The position numbers and the translations under genes were made by a program. A stretch of 64,000 nt of DNA from Felis catus (lineage: Eukaryota), in contig NC_058383.1 in assembly GCF_018350175.1 (NCBI RefSeq), positions 14,758,001-14,822,000 of the forward strand. The letters run 5' to 3'. Shown here piece after piece: positions 27,918 through 38,410 of this stretch (positions within the stretch are counted from its first letter, which is position 1; every line of letters starts with the position of its first letter). A model generated the notes under the pieces. That model ran no database searches. It was given only the letters and a program-made list of their open reading frames with translations, and was not told where the DNA came from.

Positions 27918-28564
27918 AGAAATGTGTCTTTTCCTTGTTCAAGATGTAGGCTTTTGAAACCAAAGATGCATTTATATGCTATAAACCCTCGTTAAGAATT
28001 TTGGACGTGGCAAATTTTTACAATGTCTGATGGGAGTACAGCCTAAATCTTCCTTTTCACTGTCATTGAAGAGGGACTGCCTGAGCAAACAAATCGGGTA
28101 AATAAAATTACATGGCTGTATTTAAGTAACTTAAGAAGAAAGAAAACTGCTAGGCACTTTGGCAGTTTAATTGAGGGTATAAAAGGATGCTAATTATCAA
28201 TGTGTCTCAGAGCTTCCATTTAAAAACACTTTTTAGAAATAGCAGCTAATTCCAATTACCTAGATACACAAAAATCCGGTGAAATACCATGATAAAACGC
28301 CATACCCTGAAAATGCCTATGTAATGAGATATCTCTAACTAATTCAGGCTGACCTTGCCTACGTAGCCTGAATGGATGCAGTTCAACCACATAGGCAGTA
28401 AATACAATGATCGCCTTTATTGATTTCGAGCATCCTTGCAGTAAAGAAATCACAGCAACCAGGGCTATATTCTCGGCTCCTGGGAAGGAAGGAATGGCCA
28501 GTTCTTCCAGGCTCTGGGGCACTGGCTCCACTGATTACTTGGGGTGTCTTCTTCTGCTGCCATT

Positions 28565-28940
28565 TGAAAGGGCGGGCCTACGCCGCCCGACTCCATCTTG
28601 TTCTGTGTCCTTCACCTAGACCACGCCTCCTCCCCTTGAGTAACCTCCTGCTCACCCATTCAAACTTCCTGATCAAAACACGCCCAGAGACCTGCGTAAA
28701 AGGACTCCGACCCTTCCCCAGCCAATCAGCTGAGGCCACAGCCATTACCTCACCAACTGCCCCTAGACCCCTATAAAACCTTTGTGCTTTTGAAACTCGC
28801 TCTCTCTCCCCGGTATCTCACCGCTGCATTGGTGCAGGTAGGGGATTGAGCTCGAGCTAGCTTGAATAAAGGCTCTTTTGCTTTTGCATCGGACTCAGCT
28901 CCCTGGTGGTCTTTGGGGATCACGAATTCTGGGCATAACA
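28565..28940 (+). repeat. 5' LTR (376 bp)
   Basis: TG...CA ends, CCAAT 28722-28726, TATAAAA 28772-28778, AATAAA 28865-28870. Direct repeat of 34178-34582. Confidence 0.96.
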
Positions 28941-28942
28941 TT

Positions 28943-28961
28943 TGGGGGCTCGGCCCGGGAT
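28943..28961 (+). promoter_or_regulatory. Primer binding site, tRNA-Pro-like variant
   Basis: TGGGGGCTCGGCCCGGGAT, 2 nt after the LTR. Canonical PBS-Pro is TGGGGGCTCGTCCGGGAT, so this has one substitution and one extra base. Confidence 0.88.
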
Positions 28962-29318
28962 CCCCAAGACCCCTGAGGGACCCCCGACCCGGAGAGCCTG
29001 ACTGGCCACGGTTAGTGTCTGTCCGTTTGTTCTGTCTTTTCTGTGTGAGCTCATTTCTGGAATTCTGGTAGTGCCCGACGCGGTCTAAGTGGATGCACTG
29101 GAGGACCACGGGCTGGGAGTTTCAGAAGACGTTCCGATCCTCCCTTCTGGAGGGACGTGGAATCCCCTCATCTGTTTTGGAGGGACGTGGAATTCCCTCA
29201 AAGGTCTAAGCTAGCTTTCAGTTTTGCTTTCATGGAGTTGGAAGACTTTCTAGGGGCCCTCTGTTTGTCAGTTTTTGTGTTTCTCTGTTTTGTTCTGTGG
29301 ACTTACTGGACGGACGTT

Positions 29319-30672
29319 ATGGGACAGACTCACACTACTCCTCTATGTATTATGATTGATCACTTTAAGGATGTGAGGGGAAGAGCTAACAACCTCAGTG
29401 TGGAAGTCCGAAAGGGTCGGTGGTAGTTTTTTTGTTCTAGCGAGTGGCCAACTTTCAATGTCAGATGGCCACCAGAGGGGACCTTCGACCTCCCTACCAT
29501 CCACCGAGTCAGGAGTATCATCCATCTCTTGGCCTAAGACGGGCCATCTTGATCAGCTCCCTTACATTATCACTTGGTAGGACCTTGTAGAAGACCCACC
29601 TTCTTGGCTTAAGCCCTTCCTAGCCCCGCTCCCTCCAGAGCCAAAACCCATTCTTGCTTTGCAGGGGACAAAGAAGAAGAAAAGTCTTACCCAGCCTTCA
29701 GCACCCCTCTACCCTGTCCTACAGGGGGGTACTGAAGAAGCATTAATTTTTCCTCCCCCATATAACCCCTCTAGAATGTCGGAAGAACACCATCCTCCCC
29801 CTCCGGGGGAGGCAGATGCTGTTCCGAGAGTGGGAGGCGGAAACGCTCCAGTGGGAAGCCCGCCCTTTACCAGACGAAGGGCTCAGAGGGAGCAATCCAC
29901 CTCCGCCGCTGTCTCCACTATTCTGCGAGCCACCGGACCCCCAGGCGCAGACGGGAATCCCACCACCAACCAGGGTCAGATAGATGCCTACTTCCCCTTA
30001 ACTCGGCCCCAGTGGGATTTCAACACGGCAGAAGGTAAGGAGAGGCTCCGGGTCTACTGCCAGACTCTAATGGGGGGTCTCCGAATGGCTGCTAGAAAGC
30101 CAAACAATTTGGCCAAGGTAGGAAATGTACAACAGGGAAAAGATGAATCTCCGGCTGCCTTTTTAGAACAGATCATGGAGGCATTCCGTACCTATACCCC
30201 CATGGATCCAGAGGCTCCGGAAAGCAAGGCAGCTGTTATCATGGCCTTTGTAAACCAATCGGCCATAGGCATTAGGAGAAAATTACAGAAAATAGATAGA
30301 CTAGGAGAAAAAAGTCTGCAGGACTTACTGGTGGTAGCCGAAAAGGTATATAATAACCGGGAGCCTCCTGAGGACAAGCAGGCTCGTGCCGTGGCGGCTG
30401 CCAGCAGTAAACAGACTTGAGACCTGGCCAGAATACTACTAGCTATCACTGCTGACTCCCCCAAGGAACGAGACCGCCATCTCCGGCAGCTGGCAGACGA
30501 CGCAAGAAAAGGTAAAGGAACCACCAAGGGGGGGAAGCAGAGGCTGCAGAAAGATCAGTGCGCATACTGCAAGGAGATAGGGCATTGGGCCTGAGATTGT
30601 CCAAAAAGGGCCGGCGGGAAGGGAAGCAAGACTGATCGAGTAAAAGTCCTAGAGCTAGATGAACTAAGTGAT
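29319..30672 (+). pseudogene. gag: ERV gag (MA-p12-CA-NC), disrupted
   Basis: MGQTHTTPL start; late-domain motifs PSAP, LYPVL, PPPY; MHR-like QGKDESPAAFLEQIMEAF; zinc knuckle CAYCKEIGHWA*DC. Stops at 29424, 29578, 30418 and 30592, a frameshift near 29520, and an internal CA deletion. Confidence 0.95.
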
Positions 30673-33600
30673 CAGGGGAATCGGGGTTTGGACCCTCTCC
30701 CCGAACCCAGGGTAACTCTTAAAGTGGAGGGGACCCCTGTTGACTTCCTCATCGACACCGGAGCACAACATTCAGTTCTCCGCACCCCACAAGGAAAACT
30801 AGCCAGCAAGAAGTCCTGGGTACAAGGGGCAACTGGTATGAGCCAGTATTCATGGACTACCCGAAGAACAGTAGATTTGGGAACGGGCCGGGTATCCCAC
30901 TCCTTTATGGTAATACCAGAATGCCCCTACCCGCTGTTAGGACGGGACTTACTGACCAAGATTGGAGCTCAGATAACTTTCAGACAAGGGGGGCCTCAGG
31001 TCACCGATGGCAAGGGCCACCCCATCCAGGTCCTGACCATGAAACTGGAGGATGAATACCGCCTCCACCAGGAGGTGCTCCCGAGAGAGGATAATATAGA
31101 CAGATGGCTACAAGAATTCCCCTCGGTTTGGGCAGAGATGGGGGGATGGGACTAGCCGCTCACAGGACCCCATTCCTGGTAGAGCTCAAGCCAGGAGAGA
31201 GTCCGGTAAGGATCAAACAATACCCCATGTCTCAGGATGCCCGGAAGGGGATCCAGCCACACATCCGGAGTCTACGAAGCCTAGGGGTACTAGTTCCTTG
31301 CCAGTCTGCCTGGAACACCCCCCTACTGCCGGTCAAAAAGCCTCACACAAATGACTACCGACCGGTACAAGACCTCCGGGAAGTAAATAAGAGGGTCGCA
31401 GACATACACCCAACTGTTCCCAACCCATATACTCTCTTGAGCTCCTTGGCGCCCTCCAGGGTCTGGTATACTGTCCTAGATTTAAAGGACACCTTCTTCA
31501 GTCTGCCACTGGCACCCCAGAGCCAACCCTTGTTCGCCTTCGAGTGGCATGATCCGGAGGAGGGCTACAGTGGGCAACTCACCTGGACACGGCTACCTCA
31601 GGGATTCAAAAATTCACCCACCATCTTCGACGAGGCACTACATGAGGACCTGGGTGAGTACAGGAGGGAGCACCCTGGCCTCACCCTTGTACAGTATGTA
31701 GATGACATCCTGATTGCTGCTGACACGGCCAAAGACTGTGAGCAAGGGACCCAGGACCTGCTGGCTACCCTGGGGGCCTTAGGGTACCGGGCATCCGCGA
31801 AGAAGGCTCAGATAATGCAGGGAGAGGATAAGTTACCTGGGATATATCCTGGAGGGCGGACAGCGAAGGTTATCAGATGCCAGAAAAGAAACTGTCCTAA
31901 AGATCCCTACTCCCACCTCCCGAAGAGAAGTGAGGGAATTCCTAGGATCAGCCGGCTACTGCCGCCTCTGGGTTCCAGGTTTTGCTGAGATCGCCAGGCC
32001 CCTATATGAAGCTACCAAAGAGGGGAAAACATTTAAATGGGCTGAAAAAGAAGAAACTGCCTCTAATCAGTTAAAAAAGGCCCTCTTAAGTGCCCCAACC
32101 CTGGGCCTACCAGACATTACTAAGCCCTTCCACCTCTTTGTAGATGAACATAAGGGAATAACAAAAGGGGTTCTAACTCAAGCCTTAGGTCCCTGGAACC
32201 GCCCAGTGGCTTACCTGTCCAAGAAACTAGACCCAGTGGCTGCCGGCTGGCCGCCATGCCTAAGAATTAATGCGGCGACAGCACTCCTAGTCAAGGACAC
32301 AGACAAACTGACCCTAGGGCAGGAGATCTGGATCACGACCCCACACGCCATTGAAGGGGTCCTGAAACAGCCTCCGGATAGATGGATGAGCAATACACGT
32401 ATGACTCATTACCAGAGCCTCCTACTCAACCCTCCACGAGTGGGGTTCCACCCCAGTGCAGCCCTCATCCTGCAACCCTGCTGCCCGACCCTGACCTAGG
32501 TGCTCCACTGCATGACTGTGCGGGAATCCTGGAACAAGTACATGGATTCCGGACGGACCTGACCGACCGGCCCCTCCCCGATGCCGAGGCTACTTGGTTC
32601 ACTGATGGCAGCAGCTTTGTGCGGGACAGACACAGGTATGCGGGTGCAGCAGTGGTCACCGAAATGGACACCGTATGGGCAGAGGCTCTACCCTCCAGAA
32701 CGTCAGCCCAGCGAGCAGAGCTCGTCGCCCTCACCAAGGCGCTAACATTGGGAGCTAGAAAACGGCTTAACACCTACCGGACTTGGGAGACCCAGTTTTA
32801 CCAGACCAGCCCAAATACTCCCAGGAGGAGTTACAGCGGATCAAGAAACTCCCCATGGCCCAGGAGATAAAGGGATGGTGGTATACACCTAACAAGGAGC
32901 TCGTGCTGCCAGACCGGCTTGGAGTCTCAATATTAGAGCTCAGGAATCAAGATGCACCAACAGGACACCAAAATAGAGCAAGTTGTATCTGCCTGCAAGA
33001 CCTGCCAACTCACCAACGCGAGAGCCACATCAAATAAAAAAGGAACGAGGCTCAGAGGCACCAGACCGGGAGCCCAATGGGAAGTCGACTTCACTGAAGT
33101 CAAACCAGGAAAGTATGGTTATAAATATCTTTTAGTATTTACAGACACCTTCTCTGGCTGGGTGGAGGCATACCCAACCAAGCATGAAATGGCTCAGACG
33201 GTGGCTAAGAAGCTGCTAGAAGACATCTTACCCAGGTATGGTTTTCCTGCCATGGTAGGATCAGACAATGGACCAGCTTTTATCTCGCAGGTAACACAGG
33301 CTGTGGGGGCAAACTGGAAATTACATTGTGCTTATAAGGCCCCAGAGCTCAGGACAGGTAGAAAGAATGAATAGAACCCTAAAAGAGACCCTTACCAAAT
33401 TAACCATGGAGACTGGCGGGGACTGGGTGACCCTCCTACCGTACGCCCTTTACTGGGTTAGAAACACTCCTTACACTCTGGGTTTTACTCCCTACAAGAT
33501 CATGTTTGGCAGGCCACCCCCTGTTATTCCCAACCTTCCAGCTGAACTTATTGCTGAGTTTAAAGATCAAGAACTTTTTCTTTCCTTGAGAGGGCTCCAG

Positions 33601-33930
33601 AGGGCGCACGAGGACATTTGGCCGCACCTCCGTGCCATCTACGAGGCTGGCCTGACCCCGGCACCTCATCAGTACAGGCCAGGAGACTGGGTCTACGTCA
33701 AGAGGCAACACCGAGAGACCCTCGAGCCACGCTGGAAGGAACCCTACATCGTGGTGTTGACAACCCCCACCGCTCTCAAAGTAGACGGCATCTCGACCTG
33801 GGTCCATCACACCCACGTTCAGCCAGCGGACCCCTCCTTGATCCGGAAGGACTTTGTCACACGATGGGCCATCAGTCGGGACCAACGCAACCCGCTCAAG
33901 CTCAAGCTACAGCGCATTCGACCCACCTAA
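30673..33930 (+). pseudogene. pol: ERV pro-pol (protease, RT, RNase H, integrase), frameshifted and deleted
   Basis: PR: FLIDTGAQHS and [27 protein letters not shown] (31695-31706). RNase [43 protein letters not shown]. Frameshifts near 31140, 31815, 32465 and 33335. Confidence 0.96.
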
Positions 33931-34127
33931 TATTGATAACTCTGTTAACTCTGCTTGTCATTGCTCATGCTGCCAGGAGTCCCCCCGCCCCCCAAAACAT
34001 CACCTGGCAGATCACAGACACCAGCTCGGGGACAATACTTAATCAGACCTCCCAGAGCCACCCCAGGGACACTTGCTTCCCAGAACTTTGCGTAAACCTC
34101 CAAACTCTGTTCCCCTTGTCACCATAA
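33864..34127 (+). pseudogene. env: ERV env N-terminal remnant (87-codon ORF: signal peptide plus start of SU)
   Basis: ATG overlapping the pol end, hydrophobic LILITLLTLLVIAHA, then SPPAPQNITWQI...HPRDTCFPEL resembling a gammaretroviral SU N-terminus. The PPT follows about 40 bp after the stop. Confidence 0.85.
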
Positions 34128-34165
34128 ATGCAGCCGGTCCCATGATTGGGTCCCTAAGCTACATG

Positions 34166-34177
34166 ACAAGGGGGGAA
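34166..34177 (+). promoter_or_regulatory. Polypurine tract
   Basis: ACAAGGGGGGAA immediately before the TGAAAG start of the 3' LTR. Confidence 0.85.
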
Positions 34178-34582
34178 TGAAAGGGCGGGTCTACGCCGGC
34201 CGACTCCATCTTGTTCTGTGTCCTTCACCTAGACCACGCCTCCTCCCCTTGAGTAACCTTCCGCTCACCCATTCAAACTTCCTGATCAAAACACGCCCAG
34301 AGACCTGTGTAAAAGGACTCCGACCCTTCCCCAGCCAATCGGCCAAGGCCACGATCCTTCCCCGGCCAATCGGCTGAAGCCACAGCCATTACCTCACCAA
34401 CTGCCCCTAGACCCCTATAAAACCTTTGCTTCTGAAACTCACTCTCTCTCCCTGGTATCTCACCGCTGCATCAGTGCAGGTAGGAGATTGAGCTCGAGCT
34501 AGCTCGAATAAAGGCTCTTTTGCTTTTGCATCGGACTCGGCTCCCTGGTGGTCTTTGGGGATCACGAATTCTGGGCATAACA
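34178..34582 (+). repeat. 3' LTR (405 bp)
   Basis: Direct repeat of the 5' LTR with an extra 31-bp CCAAT unit. TATA at 34416, AATAAA 34507-34512. Confidence 0.96.
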
Positions 34583-35309
34583 CAATTCTACCTCATCGTC
34601 CCATCCCTAAAAGGCTCTAGGACAGAATTTGGTGGACAACAGTGACGTGAGATACCCTGTGACCTGGATGAGCTGGCAAGAATGAGTGGGCAGATACCAG
34701 CAAGTTTTAAGGAAGAAGCCATCAGCAGAGACAGCTGTGACTTGGCAAATGTCAGAGCAGATGTTCTTTCCCCGGCCCTGCTGTCAGCTGGAAGGAAATT
34801 TCCCGGCATGCAGTGCGGGGGGGTGGGGGGTGGTGGTCACAACCTGGTCCCAGCTCTGCAGCCCCTGCCTGGACAGGGCCAGTTCCGCTCAGATTAGCAG
34901 TTAGGTTGGAAGCAGCACAGGCTCCATTTGGGCAGCACTTCTGGGAGCTGGGACCAAAACTCCTGAGAGATGCTGGTGTCCGTTCCCATTAACCTTCTGT
35001 CCGGGGGAGGGAGGTCCTGTCCTCCAGCCAGGAATCCACGCTGGGGCTTCACGTCCGCTGGGCCTTCCATGGAATCGAATCAGTCATGGCTCAGTGTCGT
35101 CTCAGCAGAAAGAAGACTGCTGTGCACATATAGATGTGCTTTTCTGGGCAGACCCACCCCAAATAAGGAGGCCCAGAGAGAGCACCACAGCGGAGGGACA
35201 CGTTAAGTAGGGAGTTTGAGTCATGTTTTCGCCTCTTCTGCCACCCGTCTGACATTGACCCCTCTGGTCGATGGCATCTGTGTTCTAGGTCATTGAAAAG
35301 GGTGCAGTT

Positions 35310-35433
35310 GAAATGCTAGCTCAAAGAGACACCTTCGCCCCCACGTTTCCTGCACCATTGTTTACAACAGCCAAGACATGCAAGCAACCTGAGGGTCCAT
35401 TCTTGGACGAGTGGATAAAGAAACTGTGGTATG

Positions 35434-35491
<58 letters not shown>

Positions 35492-36255
35492 CACATATAT
35501 AAAATGTAATTATATATAATGTAATTATATAATCAATTATCTAATATATATAATTATACGAAGTATAATTATACATATTATACATAATCATGTATAATTA
35601 TACATATTATAATTATATTATGTACAATATGTATATATTATATAACAAATATAATTAATTATATTATGTAATTATATAATGCAATTATGTATACACAATG
35701 TAATGTAATGTATGTAATTATATATCTATAATTCAGCCATACAAAAGAATGAAATCTTGCCATTTGCAGCAACATGGATGGATCTTGAGGGCACTACACT
35801 AAGTGAAATATTGAAAGACAAATACCGCATGATCCCACTTAAACGTGGAATCGAAAAACAAACCAAAACCCAAACTCATCGATACAGAGAAGAGAATGGT
35901 GGCTGCCAGAGGTGGGGGGGTGGGGGGGAGGAAATTGAGGATCAAAAGTTACAAACTTCCAGTTGTAAGTTTAAGAAGTCTTGAGGACGTAATATGGTAA
36001 TATGCAGCATAGTGACTATTGTTAATGATACTGTATCGTATACTTGAAAGTTGCTAAGAGGTGAGATCTTAAAAGTTCTCATCACAAGAAAATAAAATTG
36101 TGACTACGTGTGGTGATGGAGGTCAATTAACTAGATTCATTGTGGTCTTGTTGTCTATATTGTGCTCATTTCACAATATGTACAAATATCGAATCGTTAC
36201 GTTGTACACTGAAACGAATATAATGTCGTAGGTCAGTTATATCTCAACTTAAAAA
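35310..36255 (+). mobile_element. L1 3' fragment with an expanded AT-rich low-complexity tract (about 35437-35730)
   Basis: GAGTGGATAAAGAAACTGTGGT, then a (TA)n/TATAAT-rich tract, then AAGAATGAAATCTTGCCATTTGCAGCAACATGGATGG. Confidence 0.85.
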
Positions 36256-37944
36256 TTACCCAAAAAGATGAAGTTTAAGTCCAACATCAGAACCAGTGTT
36301 TCTATTCTCTCTTCCATCCATCCTCCCTTGTTAATTTTCCTGACATGATCTACACCCAAATGTCTACCGTGCGCTTCACGGGAAACACCTATAATCTTGT
36401 AGGCTCTGTGCCTCTTGGTCCCCCCTCTTATGCACTAACTTTCACACCCGTTTGCTCCTTCACCTTCTCTTTATGATATCAACTCCAGTATGAAACACTG
36501 TATTATTAGTTACATTGTGGTGTTTCCATTTGATGTCTTGGGTACCCCCCAATTACACCAGACTTAGTGCTCCAGGAGAGACCATTTCCAACTACGCACA
36601 ACTGATTTAGACGATTCTCAAGATAAACCTTTTTCGGTGGGGGGAGACAACCGGTGACTTGGGACAATGATTTCAGTTAAGAACAACAACAACAAAAGAC
36701 ATCCTAGGACAAAGTGTGCACACGAGGGTAAAGAACAAGGTTGCCCACTTGGTCATGGCGGGGCCTCAACGGTCATGGATGCTACAGTGTCTCTCTGAGC
36801 AGGGCTGACCAGGGAAGCAGAGGAAAAGGCAAATCTGGCAGCTGGACAGGCCATCCGAAGAAGCCCTTACTTCAGAGACGTAAGTGCAGGGGATGGTCTA
36901 GGACCACACACTCCTAGTGCTGAGCTCTGTTCTTCCTCCCAGAGCGGCCCCCTCCCCAGATGCAGAAATAGCAGAGGATTTGGTCTTTGAGCCATGGTTA
37001 CCTCTACAGATTCCTGCATTTAAACTGACCCAGGCTCCCATCAGCTGGGAAGAAGGGCCAGGTAGAGGAAGGGCTCAGGTGTTCCCAGAAATGAGAGGGT
37101 GAACTGCCTTTGACACTTATCCTATTTGAAGATATGTGCTCTTGAAGAGGGCTTACAGCCAGGAAAAACCTGCTTCCTCCCACAAGATTTTACAGTCAGA
37201 GGGGCTGGTATATGGCACTCAGCCTGACAGGCCTGTCACGTGGATGATGGATACCTGCAGGGGCTTACCTGATAGATGCACGTGCCACAGGGCTCACAAA
37301 AAGCAGCGCAGACAAAACAAAATCATCCTTCTTCATGCCTATCATGAATCACAGCAAAGCAAACTAATACATATATTAGCTGCTACCAAACGTGTATATT
37401 AAAGCAAAGCACAGGCTCAGGATCCGAATTTCCTTCTTGTGTCTGGAAACTTCCCCAGCATAAGTGTCTTGGTGAGAATCTGAGCCCATTCATTCCTCAG
37501 AATAAATCTTCAAAAAGTCAGCTCCTCTGCCTCAGGCTTGTCGAACCAGACATATTCACCCAGGATCTTGGATCCTGAGCCAGTGTTGCAAAAGATCAGG
37601 GACTCTAGAAAGTTCTTTATGGAGTTGGCAGAGGCACAGCAGTGGCCCAAGTATGGAGGGTTGGAGGAGGCACCAGCTATGCCTCCAGAGATGAGAGGCA
37701 GAAGCTGTGGGGTCCTCTGGGACCCATTCTCGACAGGCCTTTGCCAACCAGTCTATCCTCCCAATGCAGAGACCAAATTCTCCCCGCGTTCATTGCTGTT
37801 GGCTCCTAGAGCTGCAGGGCAACACTAAGATCCTCCCTCATTGCAAGGACTAGTCTGCTTTTTGTACACCACCATTATCATAATGCGCATCATGATGGAA
37901 GAGAACCATCATGCATTGAGGAGAAGACTTTACTGAGCAGCCAC

Positions 37945-38410
37945 CTGCTCAGAGACAATTCTCCTTGGGCCTTTCACATTTCTGCACGTCTTACAGCACA
38001 ACCACCGACTGCCTTTGCTTAGGACTATCTTCTCAAGGGCATCTGCAGAGAGAACAGCCTTTGAAGGTATGATGTCTTCTCCAAAGGGCAAGTTAGATCA
38101 TGGTCAGGTATGATAAAGATGGCATGTCTCTCCAGGACAAAGGCAGGTAGGTTTACTGCCCATTATAAAAGATGTGGGTACCTTAAGCTCAGGGGTCCTC
38201 TGCTGTAACTCTATGCAGGTGACACTGGGCCCTCCAAGTGTCGTCTTGTAGGAATTAGGGCTCAGAGAACCAGCTCAAGAAGCTATTGCTGTCAGCAACA
38301 GGCCTTACAAGACCAGGAGTCTTGTATCTTCTGCCAGCATTCATGGAACTGTGTCAGGCGCACCTGCTAGGTTGCAAGTAGTATAAACTCACAGACCTGT
38401 AACATTCTCG
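37945..38410 (+). mobile_element. Old ERV solo LTR (family not determined)
   Basis: Internally repeated CTCCA..G.CAAAGG(G)CA units and CCCATTATAAAAGAT...AAGCTCAGGGGTCCTC resemble eutherian MER-type LTRs. Confidence 0.5.

Larger units (their letters stand above)
28565..34582 (+). mobile_element. Defective class I (gammaretrovirus-like) endogenous provirus, LTR-gag-pro-pol-delta-env-LTR, 6018 bp
   Basis: Paired LTRs (TGAAAG...ATAACA), PBS, PPT and MLV-like Gag/PR/RT/RNaseH/IN motifs. 4-bp target duplication with one mismatch: CATT (28561-28564) / CAAT (34583-34586). Confidence 0.97.

Noticed and set aside
33436..33885. 149-aa antisense ORF in the provirus
   Set aside because: Shadow frame opposite the GC-rich integrase coding sequence, with no independent support.
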